From the IMG/VR virus record IMGVR_UViG_3300030688_000053: DNA of 44,999 nt, one strand, 5' to 3'. Shown here one piece after another: positions 32,045 to 41,184 of the stretch (position 1 is its first letter; every line of letters begins with the position of its first letter). Made by a program: the position numbers and the translations under genes. Source of the stretch: a virus. The notes beneath the pieces are model-generated. The model was not told the origin of the DNA. It made no database searches and saw only the letters and a list, made by a program, of their open reading frames with translations.

Positions 32045-32493
32045 AAACTCAGCAAACTCAGGTGACCGGTCCGAGCCCTGTTTGTGTGCATCCGCGAGGC
32101 AACAGTAAAAAAAGCGATGGCATTGTAGATTTCGTCCAGCTCGACTTCTTCGATCATGCCATCCTGTTTTGTGATCGTGTCAAGGGGATAGGTCTTGTAG
32201 CCGCCGTCGACCGGCAGCACCACGTTGGTCAGGCGCACGACCTCGGGCCAGAATACTTCGTTGAATTCGCGCTCATATCCCATATCCCGGAACGCATCCT
32301 TGAGGGCGAGATGCGCAATTCGCGGGCTGCCCATAACACCATCGCCATAGATGTCGGAAAATGCCTTGGCAATAGGTCGCCAGTGTGCATGGAATGCCTG
32401 CAGCGATACCAGCGAGCTATGCACGTATGCTTCGCCACGCTTGGTATCAACAGGGATTACGAGGTTCAAATTCTTGTCAATTATGGGTTTCAT
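31930..32493 (-). CDS. Tail assembly chaperone
   Basis: 187 aa, between the tube-size gene and the tape measure. Confidence 0.6.
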   Translation of the reverse strand: MKPIIDKNLNLVIPVDTKRGEAYVHSSLVSLQAFHAHWRPIAKAFSDIYGDGVMGSPRIAHLALKDAFRDMGYEREFNEVFWPEVVRLTNVVLPVDGGYKTYPLDTITKQDGMIEEVELDEIYNAIAFFTVASRMHTNRARTGHLSLLSLWGARIESFNVTELKDSLPTSTPDEATGGKEMASLIPS

Positions 32494-32499
32494 GGCGCG

Positions 32500-32940
32500 T
32501 TACAGATTGAACAGCGAGTTATTTTGCGATTGATAGCCGCCGATGGTGATCACGTAGCCAGGGTCAGTGCCGTTGAATTTCTGCTCTTGAACACTTACGA
32601 TGGATGCATTGAAAATTGAGATATCTTGCAAAGCCGATGAATCCGGTGTGCAATAAATATCGCCAAGAATAGAATTGTCTTGCGCCTGGCTCTCGTAACT
32701 TTGAGCCAAGTTCTGTGAACGAATCAGATGGATTGTAAGCACCACAGGAATATATGGCGATGGCGAATTCACCATTCCCGTCAATGTCGGAATCTGATGC
32801 GTGATTTCGCCATTTTTGGAGAGAGAAATGCCTTCTGGCCCCAAATAGGATGCCGTTACATTCAGGTTAGGGAAGGTCGGAATAGTTACCGAGGCACGGA
32901 CCTTATTCAAGGAGCCTTGAGAAATTAGTGGATTTGGCAT
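32500..32940 (-). CDS. Tail tube protein (by position and size)
   Basis: 146 aa, immediately after the sheath-size gene. Confidence 0.6.
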   Translation of the reverse strand: MPNPLISQGSLNKVRASVTIPTFPNLNVTASYLGPEGISLSKNGEITHQIPTLTGMVNSPSPYIPVVLTIHLIRSQNLAQSYESQAQDNSILGDIYCTPDSSALQDISIFNASIVSVQEQKFNGTDPGYVITIGGYQSQNNSLFNL

Positions 32941-32952
32941 TTTTTATCCCTG

Positions 32953-34296
32953 TTAGGCCGTGGCAAAGTCGGTCACGTTCATGTTGAAAATAATGGTCAT
33001 AAAGCCGAGCTGAGGCGTGAACTCCAGCGACAGCCCATTGTAGACGCCTTGCGCATAGTCATTCGGGTTCTGCGTTGTGTAGTCGCCGAATGATGTTGCG
33101 TTGACTAGCGGGCCGGATGCGGTACCCAGCACCATGCCGAATGATATGCCCGAATTTACCACGTTCTGCGCGCGTTTTTGCAGGCGCACAATACCGTTCT
33201 GATTGTAGTAGAGCGGATTGATCGTGTTGTTAGAGCCGTTGATGATTTCATTCGCCAACGCCAGCTTCAGGTTGATCTGCATCCAATCAACTGCATACCA
33301 GTAGTTGAACGGCTTGCCGTCCATTGTCACGCCCCACTTGAGCAGCGTGTTGGCAATGCCGCCTTCGGCACCGGTAGCAATGTAATTGACATATGCCTGT
33401 TTCAATGCGACTTGCTGTGGGCCGGTCAGGGCGTCGGCAGTCACGCCTAGAGCATAGCGGAACTGCATCGGCGGAACCTTGTTGGTGGCGCTTGGCTGCT
33501 GAACAACGCAATTATAGCCAAGAACGGACGCGTCGAATTCGCCTTGGCCGAAATCGGCGGCAGTTGGCCGCATGACAAATGCTGATTTAATACCATTAAA
33601 TAACGCCCACACAGCAGGATCATTTGCGGCTTGAATGATGAAATAAACCATGCTTGTAGTGCTGGCATTGTTCCGGCATACCGTTGCCAAGGAAGTTGCT
33701 GCAGTAGTGTTTGCAGCCCACTCCAGAGGGCATTGATAGGTATAAAACGCCAGTGGGTTCGCTGTCACATAAGCAGCTAGTGCGGAAATGCCATCAGCAG
33801 CATTTCCGTTCCCAAATTCCAGAACATAGACTGGCGTTGCCGATCCTTGGGCAAACCATGTTGTTGCCATCGCCATGATTTCCGCGACATCGCCATCGGT
33901 CACTGTGCCGATTGTTGTCGTGGCGCCGGGGCTGCTGATGAGCGGATAGGTAAACGTGCTCGCGCCAGTGATGGTCGCCTGAACCAATCCGTTGTAGCCG
34001 GTTGGCACGAATCCTGCAATTGTCAGCGGGATAGTTTCTCCGCTAGGGAATCCATGCGGGGCCGTCGTGGTCACAGTCACGACGCTGGACGCCCATACAG
34101 CAGATGTTACAGTTTGTGCGCCGGCCAGTAATGGCGTCAAGTCGGACAACTGAGTAAGGATCGAACTTGATCCTGGCGGAAGGATAGTTCCGCCCTGCGA
34201 GATAATGGCCGCTGTCCGCTGCAATTGGCTCGGCACTGCTGCCAGCGTTTGCGTGACATTTACGACAACAATGTCAGTTTGTGTTGATGTTGCCAT
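32953..34296 (-). CDS. Tail sheath protein (by position and size)
   Basis: 447 aa. It is followed by the tube-size gene, the chaperone pair and the tape measure, which is the contractile-tail gene order. Confidence 0.6.
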   Translation of the reverse strand: MATSTQTDIVVVNVTQTLAAVPSQLQRTAAIISQGGTILPPGSSSILTQLSDLTPLLAGAQTVTSAVWASSVVTVTTTAPHGFPSGETIPLTIAGFVPTGYNGLVQATITGASTFTYPLISSPGATTTIGTVTDGDVAEIMAMATTWFAQGSATPVYVLEFGNGNAADGISALAAYVTANPLAFYTYQCPLEWAANTTAATSLATVCRNNASTTSMVYFIIQAANDPAVWALFNGIKSAFVMRPTAADFGQGEFDASVLGYNCVVQQPSATNKVPPMQFRYALGVTADALTGPQQVALKQAYVNYIATGAEGGIANTLLKWGVTMDGKPFNYWYAVDWMQINLKLALANEIINGSNNTINPLYYNQNGIVRLQKRAQNVVNSGISFGMVLGTASGPLVNATSFGDYTTQNPNDYAQGVYNGLSLEFTPQLGFMTIIFNMNVTDFATA

Positions 34297-34311
34297 GTTT
34301 GCGGCCTCCGA

Positions 34312-34614
34312 TTAGGTGTAGGACACTGCCACTGTTTGGCCGGTGCCTGGCACAACGATGATGCCGACCGCGCAAGGCCAGTTGAATGTATAGGTGCCGA
34401 CTGTATTAGGGATGGTGCCGATCTGGTTGGCAACAGCAGCCGCGCCAGTGGTCAGCACATCGTTGACAGTACCGACAGCGGAACCAGCGACGATGACAGA
34501 AACCAAACCGAGACGGCCCGGTGCTGCCTTGACCACTGTGGCGGCGGTGATGTTGTTGTGATCGCTGGCCGCGCCAGGATTGGTAACTCTTACTGCTGTT
34601 GGACCTTGTGGCAT
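34312..34614 (-). CDS. Small structural-module protein (100 aa)
   Basis: ORF with the same codon usage as its neighbours. Positional assignment. Confidence 0.55.
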   Translation of the reverse strand: MPQGPTAVRVTNPGAASDHNNITAATVVKAAPGRLGLVSVIVAGSAVGTVNDVLTTGAAAVANQIGTIPNTVGTYTFNWPCAVGIIVVPGTGQTVAVSYT

Positions 34615-34624
34615 GATGTTCCCC

Positions 34625-35563
34625 TTAAAGGATGATATTTACTACACTGGATTCTATCAGTTGGCGCGCTAAATCTCGCACATTGCGCTGGTAATAATTC
34701 ACTTCGAACGTGATCTGCTTCTTTTGAGCAATAACGCCCAACTCCGATTGCGTTTTATGCAGGTCGCTTAGCACCGGCATGTTTGCCAAACCGGGGGCAT
34801 ATTCTCCTTCGCAATAGTTCTCGAAGAAGTCGTACAGGTAATCAACATAATCCAGGGCAACGTCGTTGCGCGTCCCGTAAATCACGATGCGAACCCGATC
34901 ACGCGTCATCTGCGAATGCGACGACCTCGATGCTATCAAGGGCGCGCTCGCAAGTGCCTGCGTCAAGGCCGGGTCCACGTAGACGGCGGCATACGGCGGC
35001 GCGGCGTTGGCAGGCACTAGAAACGCCGGGTACACCGGGAAAATGCTATTCAGCGACAGCCACAGCGGCAGGCTGTTCGACACCACCGGCGTGACAAAAT
35101 CAATGAAGGTCGACGGGTCGTCAATGACCTGCGTCTGCATCGTCGGGTACACCGCATCGCCATAGTAGTGATGCAACGCCGCTTGCACATAAAACGACTT
35201 GCGCCCGGTGAAGGCGAAGGTGAAGCCGTCAAAATTCGCCAGATACAGAAAATCCGAATCAACCAGGTCAAAGTCTTGCACCGGCTCGCGCGCGGTGAAG
35301 ATCACATGCTTGATGGCTGGTGACTCGTCTTCATCTTGGCGCTGGTCGGTGGCATAGTGTAGCGAGCCGTTGATCACCAGTGTGATGACTGCCGGCGTCG
35401 TGACCTTGATCCAAAACACAGAACCGTCGATCGGCAGTGTGTATTTCGCGTACTTCGTGAAAGTGATCTGTTGTTGCTGGGATATGTCAGCTACGCCAGC
35501 GTCCAAAGCGGAGGCCAGCGGATTTCCCTTACTATTCGCCATCAACTCAGCGGCGGTCGGCAT
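34625..35563 (-). CDS. Structural-module protein (312 aa), neck/tail-completion region
   Basis: The ATG at 35563 shares one nt with the upstream stop (TGATG). Confidence 0.6.
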   Translation of the reverse strand: MPTAAELMANSKGNPLASALDAGVADISQQQQITFTKYAKYTLPIDGSVFWIKVTTPAVITLVINGSLHYATDQRQDEDESPAIKHVIFTAREPVQDFDLVDSDFLYLANFDGFTFAFTGRKSFYVQAALHHYYGDAVYPTMQTQVIDDPSTFIDFVTPVVSNSLPLWLSLNSIFPVYPAFLVPANAAPPYAAVYVDPALTQALASAPLIASRSSHSQMTRDRVRIVIYGTRNDVALDYVDYLYDFFENYCEGEYAPGLANMPVLSDLHKTQSELGVIAQKKQITFEVNYYQRNVRDLARQLIESSVVNIIL

Positions 35564-36006
35564 CAATCACTCCAAACTTTAAACGCGCCAACATATTGGC
35601 CGGTATCAACAAACGACGGGCGCCGAGGATTTGACGCCGCATATGGATGCTTCAGGCGGTGGTTCACGCCGGCCAGAGCAGCCTTTGTCGGCACTCCTGG
35701 CAAACCTTGGCCCTCAACTTGCTGGGATTCAATGTATCGCTTGAATTCCTCTTCGATATTCGAAAATCCCTCTTTCAGCGGATCGCCTCCAGGCGGTGCG
35801 CCGATCAGTAGATCCTGCATGGCATTGGAAATAGACTCCGCCAGCTTCTCGGCGATGGCGCCCTCGTTCAAATTTACGAAGGACTGCATCACGCCGTATT
35901 CGTCCTCAAGCCAGCCAGCCACATCACCAGTCGACGGCAGCCCCTTCTCGCGCCCATCCGTGGGCTGGTAGGGGATATCCACCACGCCGAGATAGAGCTT
36001 GCGCAT
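35563..36006 (-). CDS. Head-tail joining region protein (147 aa)
   Basis: The ATG at 36006 (MRKLYLG) shares one nt with the upstream stop. The longer track ORF would overlap the upstream gene. Confidence 0.55.
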   Translation of the reverse strand: MRKLYLGVVDIPYQPTDGREKGLPSTGDVAGWLEDEYGVMQSFVNLNEGAIAEKLAESISNAMQDLLIGAPPGGDPLKEGFSNIEEEFKRYIESQQVEGQGLPGVPTKAALAGVNHRLKHPYAASNPRRPSFVDTGQYVGAFKVWSD

Positions 36007-36446
36007 CACGAAATCCCGTAAAGCGGGAAGCCCATCTGCGCGATGCCCATGTATGCCTGACCCCATGGGGTTTTCAGGTACGCCAGCTCGCGCACGTTCA
36101 GTTTCTTGAAAACATCAGGGATCATCCATGATTGCCCGGTGCTTTCATCGTTCGATGCTTGGATCAGGCCCGGCGTGAAATTGAGCGTGCCGAACTTGGT
36201 TCGCAGATCAGCGAAATAGGTTTGCCCTGTCTGGTCCTGGCACTGGCAAACCAGCATGTGGGTCGCCAGATTGTAAACTGCCCAGGCGTAAACATCGGGC
36301 ATATACGCCAGACAAGTCAAAGCAAGTTCAAGGGCGATATTGTAAGTTTGCGCGATGTAAGGCGAATCAGTAGGCAACGCCGACGTTGGAATGGCAACGT
36401 TGCTCCGCAGGAAATCGGTGTACCCTTCCAGTGTTGGCGCTGCCAT
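36006..36446 (-). CDS. Head-tail joining region protein (146 aa)
   Basis: Positional assignment. Confidence 0.6.
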   Translation of the reverse strand: MAAPTLEGYTDFLRSNVAIPTSALPTDSPYIAQTYNIALELALTCLAYMPDVYAWAVYNLATHMLVCQCQDQTGQTYFADLRTKFGTLNFTPGLIQASNDESTGQSWMIPDVFKKLNVRELAYLKTPWGQAYMGIAQMGFPLYGIS

Positions 36447-36451
36447 GGTGA

Positions 36452-36967
36452 TTATTTCCCTTGCTTGGATTTGCGACCAGCATTGCTGGACGGCTGTACT
36501 TCTGCGCGGATTGTGGTGTTAAGCTTTTCGTCACCTTCCTTGCCGCCTCCGATTTGCCGGATTTCTGTTTCAGTAGCGACAACCTTCAGGCCCTGCTCTT
36601 GCGCAAAACGCGCGGCCAGATCGGCGACTGCGGCAGTGTTGTTTTTCAGATGTTCAAATTGTTCTACCGTTCGTAAGTCAACTGCATTGCGATGCAGGCT
36701 GGCTATCTGCTCACTGGTGATGGGCGAATCGACTTGGTAGACCAGCGTGAATGATTTTTGCGCACGCTTCGCTTCAGCCAAGCTTACGGCGCCATAGATT
36801 GTAATGTGCTCGATGATCGCATCAACAACATCGATGGATGCCTCCTGATACGCCACGCGCTGCTGACCAGGCGGGATTTCCGTCTGCATGATCTTCTTGT
36901 TTTCTGGTACACGGAAATTGAGAACTTGATTCTGCATGGATACGTTTGCGATGAAAAGCTTTGTCAT
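36452..36967 (-). CDS. Structural-module protein (171 aa)
   Basis: The ATG at 36967 is preceded by AAAGGAAGATC. The track start at 37009 lies inside the capsid terminator hairpin. Confidence 0.6.
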   Translation of the reverse strand: MTKLFIANVSMQNQVLNFRVPENKKIMQTEIPPGQQRVAYQEASIDVVDAIIEHITIYGAVSLAEAKRAQKSFTLVYQVDSPITSEQIASLHRNAVDLRTVEQFEHLKNNTAAVADLAARFAQEQGLKVVATETEIRQIGGGKEGDEKLNTTIRAEVQPSSNAGRKSKQGK

Positions 36968-36985
36968 GATCTTCCTTTTAAAGTT

Positions 36986-37020
36986 ATTTAAAAATAAAGG
37001 GCGACACATGGACGCCCTTT
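36986..37020 (-). terminator. Intrinsic terminator after the major capsid gene
   Basis: The minus strand reads AAAGGGCG-TCCATGTGT-CGCCCTTT, an 8-bp stem, followed by ATTTTT. Confidence 0.7.
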
Positions 37021-37045
37021 ATTCGCTTCTTTGACCGGCCTGGGC

Positions 37046-38065
37046 TTATTGGTAAGGAATGCTCAGGATGGTCAGCGCTTCAGGACGAACCTGCCAACCC
37101 GGAGTAACGCGCATTTCGGCCACGATGTCAATCGCGCCGCCAGCGATCGGCGTCGGGATTTCGCGTGGTGCCGCCATGTCGGACAGCAGCAGGGCAGTCG
37201 CCGACAGGTTCGGAGTCAGTTTTGCAAACTCGTTCGTGTCGATGCGGTTGACGTTTTGCTGTTCGATTTCCGGGATGTTGATCAACACGGCATCGGTGCC
37301 GCCAGCGCCCTGACCCATCAAGGAGTCATCGTAGCACCATTCGATCAGGTCCGAATTCGATTCCGCCACCGAGCTGACAACGCCGGTGGTGGAAGCCGAA
37401 CCCGCGCCGGTGCGTTGGAACTGCACCAGTTGGACGATGTTCTGGTATTCCATAGGGCCCAGGATGCGCTGAGGACCGCAGATGGTCAGCTTGCGGCCGA
37501 TACCCAACTGCATGATGCGCGTCTTCAGGGCGGAGATCAGTCCGAGGAAGAAGAACGCCAGTTCGCCATTGTCGTAGGTCGCCAGCGTGGTGTTGCCGTT
37601 GCTGTCCGGCGGCAGAGTCACCGCAGTGGCGCCAGCGGTGTTCAGCAAGCCTTCGCCGTTCGCCGATTGGAAGCCGCCCAGCAGACCGTTGCGGATCGTC
37701 TGAAAGTGGCCCTGACGCATCGCCAAGCGGTTTGCTTCAACTAGGTTGATACCCCATTGACCGGCTGCGGCTTGGTCATGGTGATCATACTCAGTGCGGT
37801 TGCGCAGCAGGTAGGTAGGCGTCGAGATCATGGAACTTGTGATCATCGCGCTTGGCAGTTGATTTGCTGCAGACTGGCCGCCAGCAGTTTGCGTGCGCAC
37901 GTCTAGTACTTTGGCGTAAACAGCCATAGTACCCTCGCTCAGTCGCACCATAGGACCATTGGTCGCCAGAAGATTGAATGCACCCGATGCCTGTTGGAAA
38001 GGCATGATGATTTCGGGCAAAATGTAATTCGGGTTGACCGTTACATAGCTTGGTGTGATTGCCAT
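37046..38065 (-). CDS. Major capsid protein
   Basis: 339 aa. The gene is followed by a terminator and preceded by the scaffold-position and decoration-size genes. Strong RBS context. Confidence 0.7.
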   Translation of the reverse strand: MAITPSYVTVNPNYILPEIIMPFQQASGAFNLLATNGPMVRLSEGTMAVYAKVLDVRTQTAGGQSAANQLPSAMITSSMISTPTYLLRNRTEYDHHDQAAAGQWGINLVEANRLAMRQGHFQTIRNGLLGGFQSANGEGLLNTAGATAVTLPPDSNGNTTLATYDNGELAFFFLGLISALKTRIMQLGIGRKLTICGPQRILGPMEYQNIVQLVQFQRTGAGSASTTGVVSSVAESNSDLIEWCYDDSLMGQGAGGTDAVLINIPEIEQQNVNRIDTNEFAKLTPNLSATALLLSDMAAPREIPTPIAGGAIDIVAEMRVTPGWQVRPEALTILSIPYQ

Positions 38066-38080
38066 TTTCTCGGCTCCCTT

Positions 38081-38686
38081 TTAGATTTCAACCAGCGCGC
38101 ATGCGCCGGAAGTGTTCCAGGTTGCGAAACCGGTGCCAGAATTGTACGACACGGTTTTGCAGTTCGCGGTGTAGATTTTCAGGATATGGACCGGCAGAGC
38201 ATTGGTCGCAAATGCGACAATTTTCTGGTTGGTGAAATCCCAGGAAACCTGCGATGTGATGATTGTGCCGTCCAAATTCACCAGCGCAGGGTCGATTTGC
38301 AGCGCGATGCGTGCGCCGCTGCCCAGACGGTAGAAGTTGACGCGGCCGCCGTTGTTCACCAGAGGCACCGGCGATTGCGGGGTGTTCACGGCCGAATAGT
38401 TCTGGTCGAACACCGAGAAGCCGGTGATGTTGGCGAATGCCGCTGCGCGCAGGACGTTGCCGCCCAGCGCCTGGTTGTTCAGAACGGTCGTGGCGCCAGG
38501 GATATTTTCCTGGATCGCAATACCGCCCCACATCGGCAGCGTTTCGGTGCCGGCCAGCACGCCGCCTGCGAGGGCGAAGCGCGTTGCCGGATCGGCCATC
38601 GCCGTGCCCTGCACCAGGCCATCGGAATAAACGCCGAAGGTGCCGGGCGCGTTGGTTGTAGCATACGGATTCAGATTGATAGACAT
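38081..38686 (-). CDS. Head protein (decoration or second capsid component, by position)
   Basis: 201 aa, between the scaffold-position gene and the major capsid gene. Confidence 0.5.
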   Translation of the reverse strand: MSINLNPYATTNAPGTFGVYSDGLVQGTAMADPATRFALAGGVLAGTETLPMWGGIAIQENIPGATTVLNNQALGGNVLRAAAFANITGFSVFDQNYSAVNTPQSPVPLVNNGGRVNFYRLGSGARIALQIDPALVNLDGTIITSQVSWDFTNQKIVAFATNALPVHILKIYTANCKTVSYNSGTGFATWNTSGACALVEI

Positions 38687-38689
38687 GTC

Positions 38690-40378
38690 TTACGCCTCCT
38701 TGTTGAAGCCGCTTGCCTTGCGGCTCGGAGCGACGAATTGACCCCAGCACGCCATGGTATCGCCGACAAACTCGGTGATTTCACGGCCCGATTCGTCGCG
38801 GCGTTTGACCTGGCGCAACTGACCAGCGCTGATTTCGGTCGGACGGCTTGCAACCTTGGTGGCGTCGGCGAAAATCGCAGCTTCAGCCAGACCGAACGCC
38901 TTGGTGTCAGCGGCGGCGATCGCTTGCAGGTTGACTTCCTTGTAGGCCGGGCTGTGCACTTGCAGCTTGCGCGCCATGCGCAGACGGTATGCGGTAGGCT
39001 TTTCGCCCAGCATAGGCTTGGTCGAGTGAGCTGGCATGCCCAGAGCGTGCGCGACGGAATCGGCCTTGTTTTCCGCGTCAGCCATTGCATCAGCTTCGTC
39101 GTCGGACAGCGGCTCCAGAGCAGTTTCGACGCCGCCTACACGATTGTTCAATGCGGCTTCTGCATCCTTGCGGGCCTGCTCTTCCTTGACGGCCTTTTCT
39201 TCGTCAGCCTTGACGACATGGGCGACCGAGGCGTCAGCTTTTTCAACCGGCTTCTCAGCAGGCTTCTCGGTGTTTTTGCCTTCCAGCGAATCCATGCGGG
39301 AAGTCATCGAATCCATGAAAGCCTTAGCCCATGGTGGCGCTTCGTCAGAGTCCTTCTTTGCTGCCGCAGCGGCTTCTGCCTCTGCAGCTTTTTTGGCTTC
39401 TTCAGCCGCGATTTCGTCAGGCATTATTGCTCCTAAATTATCAGATTTGACGCCGGCTGGTTGCCCGCCTTTGTCCCAAACCCCTTGCATGCAGATTGCG
39501 AGGTGATCAATCAGCTCTGGGTTCCCCTCAACCAATACCGGTGTTCCGTCAGCGAGAGTAATTGTACTATTTTTTGTCTTGTCAAGGAAAACAACATTTG
39601 GAGAAGTTGAGAGTTGGGCGGTATCCAGCAATTCACCAATGGCTTTGTCGTAAATCCGCGCAATCGTCCACACCTCATCGCCAGCAATATAAGGCATCGC
39701 GGAGGTTCCTACAATCCTTTCGGCGAATTCTTGCGAGGTGAGGGCCGGTGCTTCGGTGTGGAGCACGATCACCGGCAGCCCATTGCAACGCGCTAGGAAT
39801 TCTTCCGTCAGGTAAATCTCGGGATCGCGCCAGGTCACCTCTTGCTCTATTGGGTCGCCCGGATTGCGCACGGCGATTCCGGTACCGGTGATGCGCAGGG
39901 CATACAGCCACATGTTGACGAAGCGCTGCGGGCTGGGCAGGATGCCGTCACGCATGGCCTGCATGACATCGGTTTCGGTTTGGCCCATTTGCAACAGGCG
40001 TTCGGTCGATGGACGGTCAAACATCGCCTTCAGGCCCGGATGTAGATCATCGGCCATGGCGGTGATATCGTGCCCGCGTACCCACTGATGGCCGACATGC
40101 TCATCATTGAGCGTCACATCGGCACCATCCGGCCATGCCGCAATGTGCGTGACGAAATTCCCATCATTGGCGATCTCGCGCAGGCTGGCCGGATCGACCG
40201 TGACACCGATTTCTTCCATGGCTTCGCGCGCGGCTGCCATCGGCGCATCTTCGCCGTCCTCGATATGGCCGCCCGGGAGACCCCAAGTATTCGGATGATC
40301 GTCGGCAGTGGGCGAACGGCGCAGAACGAGCGTTTGCCCGTCCTTGATAAACATAATCCCCGCAGCAGTAGGCGTCAT
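38690..40378 (-). CDS. Nudix hydrolase domain fused to the scaffold/prohead-protease-position protein
   Basis: A perfect Nudix box lies at aa 37-59: G HIEDG E DAPMAAA RE A M EE I G V (Gx5Ex7REUxEExGU). The downstream 400 aa include the Ala/Glu/Lys-rich stretch AAEEAKKAAEAEAAAAAKKD. The ATG overlaps the stop of the MuF-like gene (ATGA). Confidence 0.8.
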   Translation of the reverse strand: MTPTAAGIMFIKDGQTLVLRRSPTADDHPNTWGLPGGHIEDGEDAPMAAAREAMEEIGVTVDPASLREIANDGNFVTHIAAWPDGADVTLNDEHVGHQWVRGHDITAMADDLHPGLKAMFDRPSTERLLQMGQTETDVMQAMRDGILPSPQRFVNMWLYALRITGTGIAVRNPGDPIEQEVTWRDPEIYLTEEFLARCNGLPVIVLHTEAPALTSQEFAERIVGTSAMPYIAGDEVWTIARIYDKAIGELLDTAQLSTSPNVVFLDKTKNSTITLADGTPVLVEGNPELIDHLAICMQGVWDKGGQPAGVKSDNLGAIMPDEIAAEEAKKAAEAEAAAAAKKDSDEAPPWAKAFMDSMTSRMDSLEGKNTEKPAEKPVEKADASVAHVVKADEEKAVKEEQARKDAEAALNNRVGGVETALEPLSDDEADAMADAENKADSVAHALGMPAHSTKPMLGEKPTAYRLRMARKLQVHSPAYKEVNLQAIAAADTKAFGLAEAAIFADATKVASRPTEISAGQLRQVKRRDESGREITEFVGDTMACWGQFVAPSRKASGFNKEA

Positions 40379-41184
40379 TTTTTCTTCGCGTCGGCAATCT
40401 TCTGCCGTCCTTTTTCTGTCAAATATTCATCTGGCAAGCTGCTGACAGTATAGACCCAGTGGCCGCTACATTTGCAAAAAACCTCTTCGGCCGGCCGGGT
40501 AATGTCGTCCACGTAGCCATGCACCGGCTTGATCAGCCCCTGTTTCAGCGCCCACGACCCTGGCACAAGGTAGATCAGTCCGTCGCGCTCCTTGTGGTCG
40601 GGTCGGTAGTTGTAGCCCGGCTGGCGCCATCGGGAGTGCCAACGCATGGCGATTGCGTTGCCATCCATGGCGATCGTCTCAGCCAGCGCGGAAACGAACT
40701 TGGCACCCTGATCGATGTGGATACGGCGTTCTTCGAAAGGCAATCGCTGCAGCGGCTTGTAGATCGATGCTTTGACCTCGCGCTTATCCACCACCTCGCT
40801 GCCGCCGGCCGGCACGCTTGTCGCCCAGCCCGAGAACCGCGCCAGCGTATCGTCAATGCGCTGGCCCTTGCGCAGCTTGATCAGGTTGGCGGACGCGGCG
40901 ACCCGGTTGCTCAACTCTTGCTGCAGCTTCGGCTTGATCATGTCCACCGTGAAGCGCGACACGCCAGGGTGCACCTTGGCGAGCGCTGGAGCGGTCAATG
41001 CCTTGTTGTAAACGCCCGACAGAAGGCGGCGTAGGGCATCGTCCACGTTCGCCGACCCGGCCGCCTGGCTTGCCGCCGCCGTGCGCAACTTCATCAACCA
41101 TCCATCGAGGCGCGCCTGCGAGTCATATCCGTGGTCGGCCATGTCGTTGATGGCCTCGGTCAGGATGTCGTAAAACGAGGCCAT
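40375..41184 (-). CDS. Minor head protein (Mu F / SPP1 gp7-like)
   Basis: It directly follows the portal gene. The C-terminal FCKCSGHW resembles the conserved Cys/His motif of MuF-family proteins, from memory. Confidence 0.6.
   Translation of the reverse strand: MASFYDILTEAINDMADHGYDSQARLDGWLMKLRTAAASQAAGSANVDDALRRLLSGVYNKALTAPALAKVHPGVSRFTVDMIKPKLQQELSNRVAASANLIKLRKGQRIDDTLARFSGWATSVPAGGSEVVDKREVKASIYKPLQRLPFEERRIHIDQGAKFVSALAETIAMDGNAIAMRWHSRWRQPGYNYRPDHKERDGLIYLVPGSWALKQGLIKPVHGYVDDITRPAEEVFCKCSGHWVYTVSSLPDEYLTEKGRQKIADAKKK

Noticed and set aside
37031-39506. Large plus-strand ORFs (237 aa, 480 aa, 156 aa) antisense to the capsid, decoration and scaffold-position genes.
   Set aside because: These are GC-rich antisense frames, rich in Arg, Ala and Gly, with no RBS and no operon context. 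The minus-strand genes have coupled starts and stops and recognisable motifs (the Nudix box).
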